DNA of 64,000 bases from an uncultured delta proteobacterium. Lineage in GTDB: Bacteria > Desulfobacterota > Binatia > Binatales > Binataceae. The number at the start of each line of letters is the position of its first letter. Position 1 is the stretch's first letter. Location of the stretch: assembly GCA_963765675.1 (NCBI GenBank), contig CAVXXK010000006.1, positions 192,001 to 256,000 on the forward strand. The letters run 5' to 3'. The notes beneath the pieces were generated by a model that was not told where the DNA came from, did no database searches, and saw only the letters and a program-made list of their open reading frames with translations. Of the stretch, positions 1-12,086 are shown piece after piece. The position numbers and the translations under genes are program-made.

Positions 1-49
1 CCTTGCCGAGGATGAAGATTACGCGCCGGTCGGGTAGGTCGGCGTGCAT
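1..49 (-). CDS. 5' end of a probable ArsA/Get3-like P-loop ATPase (runs off the window)
   Basis: ATG at 49 reads MHADLPDRRVIFILGK(G), matching the start of the deviant Walker A (xGKGGVGK) of ArsA-type ATPases; lies just downstream of fabH. Confidence 0.5.
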   Translation of the reverse strand, partial: MHADLPDRRVIFILGK

Positions 50-74
50 TATCGGTGAGACTACGCGGTCCGGC

Positions 75-1052
<978 letters not shown>

Positions 1053-1064
1053 TTTAGGAAAGAC

Positions 1065-2315
1065 CTAAACCGCGGGCCGGAAAGCCAGCGTGGTATTGGT
1101 GCCGCCGAACCCGAACGAATTGTTGAGCGCGATGCGAATCTTCGCCGGCCGCGCTTGATTGGGCACGTAATCCAGGTCGCACTCAGGGTCCGGATGCTCT
1201 TGGTTGATGGTCGGCGGGATCATCCCGCGCTGGATCGCAAGAATTGTATAGACCGATTCGATCGCGCCCGCCGCGCCGAGCGTGTGCCCGGTCATCGACT
1301 TGGTCGAGCTGATCGGAACTTTGACGGCGCGCTCTCCGAAAACTTTCTTGACCGCCTGGGTCTCCGCGATATCGCCCTGCTCGGTCGAAGTGCCGTGGGC
1401 GTTGATGTAATCGACCTCGTTCGGATCGAGATCATTCTCTTCAAGGCACATTTGCATGCATCGCGCGGCGCCGCGGCCTTCCGGAGAAGGCGAGGTGATG
1501 TGATAGGCGTCGGAGTTGGCCGCATAGCCGACGATCTCGGCCATGATCGTCGCGCCGCGCGCGATCGCGGCGCCGCGATCTTCGAGAATCACAGCGGCCG
1601 CGCCTTCCGACATCACGAAGCCGTCGCGCTCCTTGTCGAACGGGCGGCTGGCCTTCTCGGGCGCGTCGTTGCGGGTCGATAGCGCGCGCATCACGCAGAA
1701 ACCACCGACTCCGAGCGCGGTCAGCGCGGCTTCCGAGCCGCCGGCGATCGCGGCGTCAAGATAGCCAAGCTTGATCATCCTGTACGCCTCGCCGATCGCG
1801 TGGCTGCCCGAGGCGCATGCGCTGGTCGTCGTGAAGCTGACGCCGCGCGCGCCGTAGCGAATCGAGATCTGTCCGCAGGCGAGATTCGAGATGAGCTTCG
1901 GGATGAAAAACGGCGTGATGTGCTTGAGACCCGTGGCGAGGAACTGTTTGTGGTACTCCTCGATTGTGCACAGGCCGCCGATTCCGTTGCCGATCAGGAC
2001 GCCGACGTTGTCGGCATTCGCCTCGGTGATCTTGAAACCCGACTGGCGCATCGCCTGCTCGCTCGCGGCGACGGCGTACTGGATGAACAGGTCCATCTTC
2101 TTGACGTCGCGCTTTTCGATCCAGTCTTCGGCAATGAAACCCTTGACCTCGCCCGCGATCCGGGCGGTGAACTGGGAGGCGTCGAAGCGCGTGATCGGAC
2201 CGATCCCCGAGCGCGCATGCATCAGGGAGTCCCAGTTCTCCTCGATTCCAATTCCAATCGGGGTCACCAGGCCGCTTCCCGTGACCACCACGCGGCGATC
2301 CAGTATCTTTCTCAT
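1065..2315 (-). CDS. fabF: 3-oxoacyl-ACP synthase II
   Basis: RRVVVTGSG, TSACASG, YINAHGTST, KSMTGHTLGAAG, NNSFGFGGTN; start placed at ATG 2315. Confidence 0.95.
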   Translation of the reverse strand: MRKILDRRVVVTGSGLVTPIGIGIEENWDSLMHARSGIGPITRFDASQFTARIAGEVKGFIAEDWIEKRDVKKMDLFIQYAVAASEQAMRQSGFKITEANADNVGVLIGNGIGGLCTIEEYHKQFLATGLKHITPFFIPKLISNLACGQISIRYGARGVSFTTTSACASGSHAIGEAYRMIKLGYLDAAIAGGSEAALTALGVGGFCVMRALSTRNDAPEKASRPFDKERDGFVMSEGAAAVILEDRGAAIARGATIMAEIVGYAANSDAYHITSPSPEGRGAARCMQMCLEENDLDPNEVDYINAHGTSTEQGDIAETQAVKKVFGERAVKVPISSTKSMTGHTLGAAGAIESVYTILAIQRGMIPPTINQEHPDPECDLDYVPNQARPAKIRIALNNSFGFGGTNTTLAFRPAV

Positions 2316-2460
2316 CGATGCGCTAGCATCCTCCGTGGGCGATTCCCATTCATCATGGACCAAATCCCGATCGAGGAAAAGTACGTGCCCCGCGCCATCG
2401 TCCGCGGTTCGCGCAACGCTTAACTTGAACGCGGGCGCGCACAAATGAAACAATTGTCAG

Positions 2461-2835
2461 ATGAGTGAGAACGCCGCCGCGATTGATTCTTTCGCGAAGC
2501 TCGCCGACAGCCTGGGCGAGCTCGAGATCGTGATCGGTCCCGCCGCGCGGCCCGCGGTCGCGGAAGTGCGCGACGGGCTTCGCAATGCGATCGCGATGCG
2601 CGATCGCGGCGACATGCCCGCGGCGATCGCGGCAATTCGCCGCGCGATGGAGCGGCTGGCCGGTCTTGGCGCCGAGCTCGATCCGGCCGAAGGCGCGATG
2701 ATGCGGGCGATCGCAGAGCGCTTCGCCGCCGCGATGTCGTTCGGAGACAAGGGGGAAGTCAAGGGCGCCGTCAACCTAATGCGCCACAAGGCGGGCGACA
2801 CCAGCAAAGACGGCGGCGGCGACAATCAATGGTAG
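2461..2835 (+). CDS. hypothetical alpha-helical protein
   Basis: 124-aa ORF with typical codon usage filling the gap between fabF and tkt. Confidence 0.65.
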   Translation: MSENAAAIDSFAKLADSLGELEIVIGPAARPAVAEVRDGLRNAIAMRDRGDMPAAIAAIRRAMERLAGLGAELDPAEGAMMRAIAERFAAAMSFGDKGEVKGAVNLMRHKAGDTSKDGGGDNQW

Positions 2836-2922
2836 CGGCGCGCGCCGCTGGATCGAACGCGGCCTGTCTGATTGATCATTTGTCAGTCTGAAAACTTGTC
2901 CTCTGACCGTGGAGAAATAATT

Positions 2923-4953
2923 GTGGCATCCGCAGCCGACATCAAAATTGATCGCACCCAACTCGATCAGCTCTGCATCAATTCGATCCGCGTCCTCACG
3001 ATCGACGCGGTCCAGAAAGCAAACTCGGGACATTGCGGCCTGCCGATGGGGATGGCGCCGGCGGCGTATCTGCTATGGACTCGCTTCATGCGCCACAATC
3101 CGAAGAATCCAAAATGGTTCGGGCGCGACCGCTTTGTGCTCTCGGCCGGGCACGGCTCGATGCTGCTGTACGCCTTGCTCTATCTCTCGGGCTACGGACT
3201 CTCGCTCGACGAGATCAAGCGCTTTCGCCAGCTCGGCAGCCTGACCCCGGGGCATCCGGAGCATCCGCATACGGTAGGAGTCGAAACCACAACCGGACCG
3301 CTGGGCCAGGGCTTCGGCAACGGCGTCGGGATGGCGATAGCGGCCAAGCATATCGACGCGCGTTTCGGAAAAGGCGCGGGCGAGCTGTTCAAGCATCGCG
3401 TGTTCGCGATCGTCAGCGACGGCGACCTGATGGAAGGCGTCGCGAGCGAGGCGGCGTCGATCGCGGGTCATCTGGGCCTCGGCAATATGGTTTATCTCTA
3501 CGACGACAATCACGTCACGATCGACGGCTACACCGATTTGTCGTTCTCTGAGGACGTGTGCAAGCGCTTCGACGCGTACGGGTGGCACACGCAGGTGGTC
3601 GAGGACGCCAACGATCTCGGCGCGCTGTCCACGGCGATCGAAAATGGAATCGCGGAGACCGAACGGCCCTCGCTCATCCGGGTGCGCTCGATAATCGGCT
3701 ACGGCAGCCCGCATCGGCAGGGAACTCCAAAGGCGCACAGCAACGCGCTCGGCGTCGAAGAGGTGAAGCTGACCAAGGAATTTTACGGATGGCCGATCGA
3801 GCCGGCGTTCTACGTTCCCGACCAGGCGCTTGCCGAGTTCCGCCGCTGTATCGAGCGCGGGGAAGCGTTCGAGAACGACTGGAAGACGCGCCTCAAAGAC
3901 TGGTCGAAGGGCAGCGCGGCGGAGGCGGCGGAATTCACCGCGATGCTGAGCGGCGAATTGCCCAAGGGATGGGACTCGGCGCTTCCTGTCTTCACTCCGG
4001 CTGACAGCCTCGCCACGCGCGAATCGGCCTCGAAGGCGGAAGCGGCCATCACGGCGAAGATGTGGGGGCTGTTCGGCGGGTCGGCGGATCTGAATGAATC
4101 GACCTTCACCGATGTAAAAGACGGCGGCAGCTTCGAGAAAGGAAACTACGCGGGGCGCAATCTCCATTTCGGAATCCGCGAGCATGGGATGTGCGCGATC
4201 CTGAACGGAATCGCGCTGCACGGCGGGTTTATCTCGTACGGCTCCTCGTTCTTCGTGTTCACCGACTATTGCCGCGCGTCGATCCGGCTGGCCGCGCTGA
4301 TGGGAATCCACGTGGTGTTCGTCTTCACGCACGATTCGATCGGCGTCGGCGAGGACGGGCCGACGCATCAGCCGGTCGAGCATCTGACCGCGATGCGCGC
4401 GATTCCGAATCTGGTCGTCATCCGGCCCGGCGACGCCAATGAGGCCGCGGAGGCATGGCGCGCCGCGATGACGCACAAGGGCGGACCGGTGTTGCTGGCG
4501 TTATCTCGGCAAAAGGTTCCCACGATCGATCGCAGCAAGACCGCGCCTGCCAGCGGCCTCGCGCGCGGTGCGTACGTGCTCTGCGAGACGCCGGGCAAGA
4601 CCCCGGAGATCCTCCTGCTCGCGACCGGTTCGGAAGTCCAGCTCGCGCTTGGCGCAAAGGAGCAGCTCGAAAAGCAGGGGCGGGCGGTGCGCGTGGTCTC
4701 GATGCCGTCGTTCAAGCTGTTCGAGAAACAGGACGCGAGCTATCGGGACTCGGTGTTGCCGCCTGCGATTCGCAAGCGCCTGGCAATCGAAGCCGGCGTG
4801 CCGATGAGCTGGTACCAATGGGTCGGACTCGACGGCAGCGTAGTCGGGATGACGACCTTCGGAGCCTCGGGACCGTCGGCGGACGTGATGAAGCATTTCG
4901 GCTTCACCGTCGAAAACATCGTGAACCACGCGCTGGAACTGCTCAAGCGGTAA
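2923..4953 (+). CDS. tkt: transketolase
   Basis: [29 protein letters not shown] motif, GEDGPTHQP; GTG start after GGAGA RBS. Confidence 0.97.
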   Translation: MASAADIKIDRTQLDQLCINSIRVLTIDAVQKANSGHCGLPMGMAPAAYLLWTRFMRHNPKNPKWFGRDRFVLSAGHGSMLLYALLYLSGYGLSLDEIKRFRQLGSLTPGHPEHPHTVGVETTTGPLGQGFGNGVGMAIAAKHIDARFGKGAGELFKHRVFAIVSDGDLMEGVASEAASIAGHLGLGNMVYLYDDNHVTIDGYTDLSFSEDVCKRFDAYGWHTQVVEDANDLGALSTAIENGIAETERPSLIRVRSIIGYGSPHRQGTPKAHSNALGVEEVKLTKEFYGWPIEPAFYVPDQALAEFRRCIERGEAFENDWKTRLKDWSKGSAAEAAEFTAMLSGELPKGWDSALPVFTPADSLATRESASKAEAAITAKMWGLFGGSADLNESTFTDVKDGGSFEKGNYAGRNLHFGIREHGMCAILNGIALHGGFISYGSSFFVFTDYCRASIRLAALMGIHVVFVFTHDSIGVGEDGPTHQPVEHLTAMRAIPNLVVIRPGDANEAAEAWRAAMTHKGGPVLLALSRQKVPTIDRSKTAPASGLARGAYVLCETPGKTPEILLLATGSEVQLALGAKEQLEKQGRAVRVVSMPSFKLFEKQDASYRDSVLPPAIRKRLAIEAGVPMSWYQWVGLDGSVVGMTTFGASGPSADVMKHFGFTVENIVNHALELLKR

Positions 4954-5000
4954 TCGCGCCTACCTGTATTTGAATTGCGATAGCGAACTACGAGAGATCG

Positions 5001-5747
5001 ATGAGCGAGCCCAAGATTATTGTTCTTGACGATCCACAGTCGGTGTACGTTCACGCGGCCGAGGAAATTGTCCACTACTCGGGCGAGGCCGTTTGCACTC
5101 ACGGCGAGTTCATGATCGCGCTTTCGGGCGGCGGCACTCCGGCCGGCATTTACGAAGTGATCGCGGAGCGCTTCGAGCTCAGCGTCGATTGGAAGGAAGT
5201 GCAATTCTTCTGGGGCGATGAGCGATGCGTCGCCGCGTCCGATCCGCTCTCGAACTACGCGATGGCGAATCGCACGATGCTGTCGAAGCTGCCGCTCAAG
5301 CCCGCGCAGATTCATCGTATCGCCGGCGAGCTTGCGCCTGAGGCGGCCGCGCTCGCGTATGAAGAGGAATTGCGCCGCGCGTTCAATCTCGGTGAAGGTG
5401 AACTGCCGCGCTTCGATCTGATCATGCTCGGGCTGGGCGACAACCGGCACACGCTTTCGCTCTTCCCCGGCGATACGAGCGCGCTCCACGAGACTCATCG
5501 CATGGTGATCCCGGTCAAGGTTGACGCGGACCCGCCGAATCGAATCACGTTCACGGCCGCGCTCGCGAACCATGCGCAGCGACTGATGTTTATCGCGACC
5601 GGAGCGGGCAAGGCCGAGGCGGTGCGCGACGTGATCGAGGGTCCGCGCGATCCCGATCGCTTTCCCGCCCAACTGATCGCGCCCGAAGATGGCGAGCTTG
5701 TCTGGATGCTCGATAAGGCTGCGGCGAGCCTGCTGAGTCCTCGATGA
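5001..5747 (+). CDS. pgl: 6-phosphogluconolactonase
   Basis: ALSGGGTP, FWGDERCV, SNY, HTLSLFP; follows tkt. Confidence 0.93.
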   Translation: MSEPKIIVLDDPQSVYVHAAEEIVHYSGEAVCTHGEFMIALSGGGTPAGIYEVIAERFELSVDWKEVQFFWGDERCVAASDPLSNYAMANRTMLSKLPLKPAQIHRIAGELAPEAAALAYEEELRRAFNLGEGELPRFDLIMLGLGDNRHTLSLFPGDTSALHETHRMVIPVKVDADPPNRITFTAALANHAQRLMFIATGAGKAEAVRDVIEGPRDPDRFPAQLIAPEDGELVWMLDKAAASLLSPR

Positions 5748-5784
5748 GCGCGTGCGCCAAACCTGAGCGGCAGGATAGTCGCTG

Positions 5785-6333
5785 ATGCTGCGTTTCGCGC
5801 TGCGCCATTTCACCGCGATTCTGATCTTGATCGTCCTGGGATGGTGGCTGGGCTATTACGTTCCGAATTCTCCCACCTGGTCTGTCCTATTGATGAAGCA
5901 GGCGATCGATGCGCGTGACGGTGACGCGGCAGCGCGTTACGTCGATTTCCAAAGCGTGGTCGAAGGGGCAGGGAAGCAGATGATCCAGGAGCAGGCGGCC
6001 AACAATCCCCTCGGTGCGCTGGTCGGGCAGGCTGCGATGGCGATGCTCTCAAAGCCGGCGGCAGGCCTGCTCGAGGCGCAAGCCAAGCAGAAGGTCGAAG
6101 ATGGCGACCCCAACATCCAGATGCCGGCGGCGGCGGTGCTCGGCTCGATCGTGCTGATGCATCGCAGCGGCGACACGGCCTACACGAAGTTCACCGACAA
6201 TAAGGGCAAGACCTGGGGGATTCACTTCAAGCGCGAGGCGGGAATCTGGAAGGTGAGCGAAGTCGAGAACATGCGCGAAATCTTAAGTCGCCTCAAACAG
6301 CACGAGCAAAAAGAGCTCGCACCGACGCCTTAG
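5785..6333 (+). CDS. DUF2939-like membrane-anchored protein
   Basis: N-terminal TM followed by the SPxW...AIDARD...YVDFxSV pattern. Confidence 0.6.
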   Translation: MLRFALRHFTAILILIVLGWWLGYYVPNSPTWSVLLMKQAIDARDGDAAARYVDFQSVVEGAGKQMIQEQAANNPLGALVGQAAMAMLSKPAAGLLEAQAKQKVEDGDPNIQMPAAAVLGSIVLMHRSGDTAYTKFTDNKGKTWGIHFKREAGIWKVSEVENMREILSRLKQHEQKELAPTP

Positions 6334-6365
6334 GCAGGCGTTCCGGGCTATTTTCGGAAGCTGCG

Positions 6366-6394
6366 TTTACTCGGCCGCTTCCAGCAGGTATAAT
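6366..6394 (+). promoter_or_regulatory. sigma70-type promoter for typA
   Basis: TTTACT-N17-TATAAT about 60 bp upstream of the typA ATG. Confidence 0.65.
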
Positions 6395-6452
6395 CGCGAC
6401 ACGCGGGCGAACCGGCACGGCTCGGCCGCGCTTTAGTATCCGCTTCCAGAAC

Positions 6453-8300
6453 ATGCGACGACCAGACATCCGAAATCTCGCAATTGTGGCTCACGTTGAC
6501 CACGGCAAGACCACTTTGGTGGACGCGATGCTGCGTCAATCGGGCGTGTTCCGCGCCAACGAGAATGTGCAGGATCGTGTGATGGACTCGTTCGCGCTCG
6601 AGCGCGAACGCGGCATCACGATCATGGCGAAGAATACCTCGATCGTGTGGGGCTCGACGCGGATCAATATCGTCGATACCCCCGGCCATTCCGATTTCGG
6701 CGGCGAGGTCGAACGCACGCTCTCGATGGTTGACGGAATCCTGCTGCTGGTCGATGCGTCCGAAGGTCCGCTGCCGCAGACCCGTTTCGTGCTTAAAAAG
6801 GCGCTCGAAGCCGGGATGACCGCGATCGTCTGCATCAACAAGATCGATCGCGCCGACGCACGCGCGGCCGAGGTCCTCGACGAGGTTTACGATCTCTTCA
6901 TCGACCTCGAGGCGAACGACCAACAGCTTGATTTCCCGGTTTTCTATACCAATGCCCGCACCGGCACGGCGACCAGCAAGCTCGAGGTTCCCGGCGTCAA
7001 CCTGAGTCCGCTGTTCGACGGGATTGTTGAACATCTGCCGGGACCCGAAGTTGATCCGGATGCGACGTTGCAGCTCCAGGTCAACAACTTGGACTACGAC
7101 GACTACGTCGGCCGCCTCGCGATTGGCCGGATGCTCGCGGGCTCGATCGCGGTTGGGCAGAACTATTCGCTATGCCGTCTCGACGGATCGCGGATCACAG
7201 TAAAGATCGCGCATCTGTATAGCTGGCAGGGACTCAAGCGCGTCGAAGCGCAATCGGCGAAAGCGGGCGATATCGTGATTATCGCCGGGCTCGAGGACGT
7301 CGCGATTGGCGAGACGATCGCGGACCTCGAAAACCCGCGTCCGCTCGCGCCGATTCGAATCGACGAACCCACCGTCGCGATGACTTTTTCGGTGAACAAC
7401 TCGCCGTGGGCGGGGCGCGAGGGTGACTACGTTACTTCGCGCAAGCTTGGCGAGCGGCTCGATCTCGAATCGCGGCGCAACGTCAGTATCCGCGTCGAAC
7501 AGCTTTCGCCCGACGCGTGGCGCGTCATGGGGCGCGGCGAGTTGCAGCTCGCCGTGATCGTCGAGACCATGCGCCGCGAGGGCTATGAGCTACAGGTTTC
7601 GAAACCTACCGTGCTCACGCGGCAGTCGGGAGGTCAGGTGCTCGAGCCGATGGAGCTCTTGATGGTCGATATTCCGGAAGAGCATATCGGCGTTGTCACG
7701 CAGTTGCTTTCAGTGCGCAAGGGAAAGATGCGGACGATGGTGACGCATGCGGGCGGCCGCGTCCGGCTCGAGTACGACGTTCCTGCGCGCGGACTTATCG
7801 GCTTTCGCGGAAAATTCCTCGAGAATACGCGCGGCAGCGGCGTGATGAATTCACTCTTCAATGGCTACGCGCCGTGGGCCGGGCCGATTCTTTCGCGCGC
7901 GAACGGCGCGATGGTTTCCGACCGCGAAGGAGTGGCGACCGCCTATGCGATCTTCCATCTGCAAGAGCGCGGACGCTTTTTCATTTCGCCCGGACAGCCG
8001 GTTTACGAAGGAATGATTCTGGGGGAGTACTCGCGCGAGATAAATCTTCCGGTCAACGTGTGCCGCGAGAAGAAGCTTTCGAACATGCGCGCGACCGGGC
8101 ATGACGAAGCGGTGCGAATCTCGCCGGCTCGTCCGATGACGCTCGACCTCGCGCTCGAATGGATCGACGAGGAAGAGCTGGTCGAGGTTACGCCCAAGTC
8201 GGTTCGCATGCGCAATCGCGTCCTCAAGACCGCGCTGCGCAACAAGCATCGCGCCGGGTTTTCAGAAACGGCCGGTGAGGAAATGGCCGAGGGCGACTAG
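6453..8300 (+). CDS. typA: translational GTPase TypA/BipA
   Basis: AHVDHGKTT, ERERGITI, DTPGHSDFGGEVER, GRGELQL, EKKLSNMRA, LVEVTPKSVR. Confidence 0.97.
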   Translation: MRRPDIRNLAIVAHVDHGKTTLVDAMLRQSGVFRANENVQDRVMDSFALERERGITIMAKNTSIVWGSTRINIVDTPGHSDFGGEVERTLSMVDGILLLVDASEGPLPQTRFVLKKALEAGMTAIVCINKIDRADARAAEVLDEVYDLFIDLEANDQQLDFPVFYTNARTGTATSKLEVPGVNLSPLFDGIVEHLPGPEVDPDATLQLQVNNLDYDDYVGRLAIGRMLAGSIAVGQNYSLCRLDGSRITVKIAHLYSWQGLKRVEAQSAKAGDIVIIAGLEDVAIGETIADLENPRPLAPIRIDEPTVAMTFSVNNSPWAGREGDYVTSRKLGERLDLESRRNVSIRVEQLSPDAWRVMGRGELQLAVIVETMRREGYELQVSKPTVLTRQSGGQVLEPMELLMVDIPEEHIGVVTQLLSVRKGKMRTMVTHAGGRVRLEYDVPARGLIGFRGKFLENTRGSGVMNSLFNGYAPWAGPILSRANGAMVSDREGVATAYAIFHLQERGRFFISPGQPVYEGMILGEYSREINLPVNVCREKKLSNMRATGHDEAVRISPARPMTLDLALEWIDEEELVEVTPKSVRMRNRVLKTALRNKHRAGFSETAGEEMAEGD

Positions 8301-8366
8301 CCGCGGCTTGCGCCAGCTATCCGCCCGCCCTAGTCAGGCGCACGATCAAGGCCCCAGCGGGCAAGA

Positions 8367-11300
8367 ATGCGAATCCTGCGGCTCGGCGCGATTGTTTTCC
8401 TCTCGATAGTGGTCCTTCTGGCCGCGGGCGCGGTCGGCGTCTATCTGAACCGCGCGCAACTGGTTGAGGCGATGCTGACGGCGGTGAAGAACCGCACCGG
8501 CATCCAAATCGTCGCCAGCGCCTCGCACATTCATTTGCGGAATCATCTTGTGATCGAGCTCGACGATCCGCACGCGGTCAGCGGATCGCATGAACTCGTC
8601 AAGCTCTCGCGAGTCGAAGCGACCATCAGCTACCACGCGCTGCTATTCTCGCACGGATTGCCGCTTTACGGCCTCACCCTTGAGAATCCCGACATAACCG
8701 TCCCGATGAGCTCCTCTGAGCTCGCCCAAGTGCCGTTGCCGCGCCCCGGCGCTGAAGCGGTGCAGGGTCTGCTCATTCCGCTACACGATCTTGGCAACGT
8801 CGCATGGCGGATCGAGATCACCAACGCCACGGTTCGCGACGCGTCGGGGATCGCGGTGGTCGATCGGGTCGGGATGACGGCGTATCGAAAGCGCTGGGAT
8901 TCCGCCGTCTGGCACGTAGCATTCGACGCGCGGTTGGTGCGCGAGCCGTTGGCGGGCCTGCGAATAGCAGGGCATCTGCGCGGAGGAATCGGGCGCGAAA
9001 CCGCGCCGCACCAGGTCGCAAGCGGCACGGTGATGTATTGGGACGCGCGACTCGGACCGCTCACGGCGGCCGGAGCGCTGCACGCCGAAGGGGAGAGCGC
9101 GGGAAAGTTCGACTTCGCGCTTGGTGATGACGGCACCGCCACCGGCAACGGCGACATGAGCTTCAAAGGCCTGACTCTCACGGGCAGGGACCTCACCGGT
9201 CCCGACCGGCTCGGCGGATACTCTGTCAGCATGAACTTCTCGGCGTCGGCCGAATCCTCGATCCTGGATCGAGTGGTCGTCAATCATGCAGGCAAGGAAC
9301 TTTTCTCGGGCAACGCCGAGGTTACCGATCCATTCGGCAAGGATCCCGAGGTCAGGATTCATGTCGGCGGGATCGCGGTGGATGCGGTCGGGGTTCGCGC
9401 TCAGCTCAAACGCATTCGAGAGGTGCCAGGCTCGGTCAGCGCCGCGCTCGATCAGGTTAGCGCGGCAAATCTGTCGCTTGCCTCCGCCGATTTTACCACT
9501 TCCGTCGCGAAGTTCAGGTTGAACCCGCTCGATTCGGTTCGCGACGGGCTGCAATTTTCAGCCGTGCTTTCGCGCGCGGCGTTTCCATTGCCGGCAGATC
9601 TGCGCCTGCCGCCGGTATCCAATCTCGTCGTCGCGCTGAATTATTCGGGCGGCGTTCTGAACGCGAGCCAGGGTTCCGCAACTCTGGGACGCTCCCAGTT
9701 GAGCGATATCGCGGTGCGGCTGGGACTCGCTGGCGGACTGAGCCGGATTCCGTACCGGCTCGCGTTCAAGGCCGACGCCGATGTGGCGGAACTTTACGCC
9801 GCCGAGATGCGCGCGATGGAGGCGCTGAAGTTCGAGGCGCGCAAACGCCTCGCGTCCGTCGGCGGCAGAATCGGAATCACTTTCAATGCGGAGGGCATGC
9901 TTCTCCCCGACCGGCCGGCGCCTCCCGACAAGTATCTGGTGCGCCTCGAAGCCAATCGGCTGGTGCTCACCGTAAAGGGCACGCCGGCGCCGGTCGAGTT
10001 TCGCCGCGGCGTTATCACGATCGAACCCGGCGTGCTCACGCTCGATCACGTCGCAGTCGCGACCACCGGGGGCGACGGCACGGTCAACGGCGTTCTGGGC
10101 TTCGACCGCAACGGCGCAATCATCCGCAAACTGACAATCGATATTCATCAGATGGAGGCCGGACTGTGGCTCGCGTTGGTGGTCGATCCAACCGACCTTC
10201 AGATAACCGGGCCGATCGGCGGCAAAGTCGAGCTGCACGACGATCCCGCGCGCCGCGGCGACCTGGTCGCCAACGGCAGGTTCGTGCTCAGCAAGGGCGA
10301 GGTGAAGTTTGGTTTCATGCGCTCCCCGATGCTGGTGCAGGGGACCACGATCACTTTTACCCGGCGCACGATGCAGGTCGCGATGCCGGCGTCGACGCTC
10401 GAGGGACAGCCGCTCGCCTTTTCGATGTCGATCGCGGACCTCGAGCATCCTGTGCTCCGCATCGACGCCAACGCGCAGGAACTCGACTTCGAGGTTTTGA
10501 AGTTCATCCGGATGCCGTGGTCGCCGTCGACGCCGCCGACGCATTTCCCTTTGCCGGTCAGGGGCCGCGTTCAAGTTGCCAAGGGCCATCTCGGCGTTTT
10601 TCCGATGACCAATATCCGCACTGATTTCAGCTACGATCACGGCGATTGGCGGGTGTGGAATTTCACCGCCAATTCGTTCCACGGAGTGATCAACCTCGAC
10701 ATCAACGGACGCCAGAAGGACGACTGGATTCGGATCAAAGGCAAGGTCGTCGATATCGATTCCGCGCCGCTCTTCATGCTCTCGGGCAAGCGCAAGGAAT
10801 CACCGGTGCTGGGCAAGATGTCGGTGGCTGTGGACCTGTGGGCCGACACCAATTCCGATTTCTTTCAGACGCTGGCCGGCAAGATCGCACTGACCATGCG
10901 CAACGGCACGATCAATCACTTCACGGTGATCTCGCGGATGCTCGCGATGATCGATCTCAAGAGCTGGCTCACCGCGAATATACCCAATCCCACCGTCTCC
11001 GGTCTTCCGTTCGACAACATCTTCGTCGATCTCAAGGGCGTGCGCGGCGTGTTCTGGACCGACCAATTCGCGATCCAGGGGCCGGTCATGACGATCACCG
11101 CCAATGGCAGTCTGGACCTTGCGCAGAACACGATGGACATGAGCTTCGCGGTGTATCCATTCAACACGGTCAACTGGCTGGTCAGCAAAATCCCCGTGAT
11201 CGGCACAAACGTGGCAGGTGGGACCAACGAGGTAATCGCGGCGTACATGCATGTCTATGGTCCGACCGACAATCCGTCGATCGTGCCGATGCCGATTCAT

Positions 11301-11372
11301 TCGGTCACCGAATTGGTGAAAAAGACCCTCGGCATTCCGATCAACATCATCCGTCCCAACACCATCAAGTGA
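8367..11372 (+). CDS. AsmA-like (YhdP/TamB-type) envelope protein
   Basis: 1001 aa, single N-terminal TM, beta-rich body, AsmA-like C-terminus (G..DL..., KIPVIG, VYGPTDNPSI). Confidence 0.75.
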   Translation: MRILRLGAIVFLSIVVLLAAGAVGVYLNRAQLVEAMLTAVKNRTGIQIVASASHIHLRNHLVIELDDPHAVSGSHELVKLSRVEATISYHALLFSHGLPLYGLTLENPDITVPMSSSELAQVPLPRPGAEAVQGLLIPLHDLGNVAWRIEITNATVRDASGIAVVDRVGMTAYRKRWDSAVWHVAFDARLVREPLAGLRIAGHLRGGIGRETAPHQVASGTVMYWDARLGPLTAAGALHAEGESAGKFDFALGDDGTATGNGDMSFKGLTLTGRDLTGPDRLGGYSVSMNFSASAESSILDRVVVNHAGKELFSGNAEVTDPFGKDPEVRIHVGGIAVDAVGVRAQLKRIREVPGSVSAALDQVSAANLSLASADFTTSVAKFRLNPLDSVRDGLQFSAVLSRAAFPLPADLRLPPVSNLVVALNYSGGVLNASQGSATLGRSQLSDIAVRLGLAGGLSRIPYRLAFKADADVAELYAAEMRAMEALKFEARKRLASVGGRIGITFNAEGMLLPDRPAPPDKYLVRLEANRLVLTVKGTPAPVEFRRGVITIEPGVLTLDHVAVATTGGDGTVNGVLGFDRNGAIIRKLTIDIHQMEAGLWLALVVDPTDLQITGPIGGKVELHDDPARRGDLVANGRFVLSKGEVKFGFMRSPMLVQGTTITFTRRTMQVAMPASTLEGQPLAFSMSIADLEHPVLRIDANAQELDFEVLKFIRMPWSPSTPPTHFPLPVRGRVQVAKGHLGVFPMTNIRTDFSYDHGDWRVWNFTANSFHGVINLDINGRQKDDWIRIKGKVVDIDSAPLFMLSGKRKESPVLGKMSVAVDLWADTNSDFFQTLAGKIALTMRNGTINHFTVISRMLAMIDLKSWLTANIPNPTVSGLPFDNIFVDLKGVRGVFWTDQFAIQGPVMTITANGSLDLAQNTMDMSFAVYPFNTVNWLVSKIPVIGTNVAGGTNEVIAAYMHVYGPTDNPSIVPMPIHSVTELVKKTLGIPINIIRPNTIK

Positions 11373-11451
11373 ACGCCGGCTCAATGGTGCTCGGCTTGGA
11401 CTGCCTTTAGTTCGCGGATAAAGTGGAGCGGACCCGGCCGGATTGGACGAA

Positions 11452-11724
11452 ATGATCGAGCTTATCCTGTACACACGGCGCGATTGCGAGCTCTGCCACG
11501 AGATGGAAGAGGTGCTCGACGCCGAGCTGCCGCGCTTCGACGCGCGCCTCGAGCGGGTCGAGATCGACGGCCGGCCAGAGCTCGAAACGCTCCACGGACA
11601 GGAAGTTCCGGTGCTGTTTATCAACCGGCGCAAGGCGTTCAAGTTTCGATGCACGGCGCGCGAATTCAGAAAGCGGATGCTGCGGGAAATCCGGCGCGAC
11701 CTCGGGCCCGACGTTCAGAAATGA
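11452..11724 (+). CDS. glutaredoxin-like protein (DUF836 type)
   Basis: LYTRRDCELC CxxC motif and VPVL cis-Pro motif. Confidence 0.8.
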   Translation: MIELILYTRRDCELCHEMEEVLDAELPRFDARLERVEIDGRPELETLHGQEVPVLFINRRKAFKFRCTAREFRKRMLREIRRDLGPDVQK

Positions 11725-12086
11725 TTGCGATGCGATCGGCAGGCTCGGCAAAAGTTGTGCTCTCGACCGCCGCGTCCGTTGCGCAGGCGGAGCCGATAGC
11801 GCGTGCTCTGATCGAAGAGCGTCTGGCGGCGTGCGTCAATATCGTAGGACCGGTTCGTTCGATCTATCGATGGCAGGGCCGGATCGAACGCGACCGCGAG
11901 GTTATGATGGTCATCAAAACGCGCGCCGCGTTGCTGAAAAGGCTCGAACGCCGCGTGCGCGAGCTGCATCCCTATGAGGTTCCCGAATTGCTGGTGCTCG
12001 ACGTCGCAAGCGGCTCGGCGCCGTATCTCGACTGGCTACTTGCGGCAACCGGCGCGGCCTCGGTCGTCGCTAAGGCTAAACGATGA
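11721..12086 (+). CDS. cutA: divalent-cation tolerance protein CutA
   Basis: ERLAACVNI, SIYRWQG, HPYEVPE; ATGA overlap with the upstream gene. Confidence 0.92.
   Translation: MIAMRSAGSAKVVLSTAASVAQAEPIARALIEERLAACVNIVGPVRSIYRWQGRIERDREVMMVIKTRAALLKRLERRVRELHPYEVPELLVLDVASGSAPYLDWLLAATGAASVVAKAKR

Noticed and set aside
3073-4476. Long antisense or alternative-frame ORFs (e.g. 467 aa opposite tkt, 425 aa opposite ClC, 300 aa opposite 19036)
   Set aside because: Shadow ORFs expected from high-GC codon bias; Arg/Ala-rich with no motifs, overlapping well-supported genes
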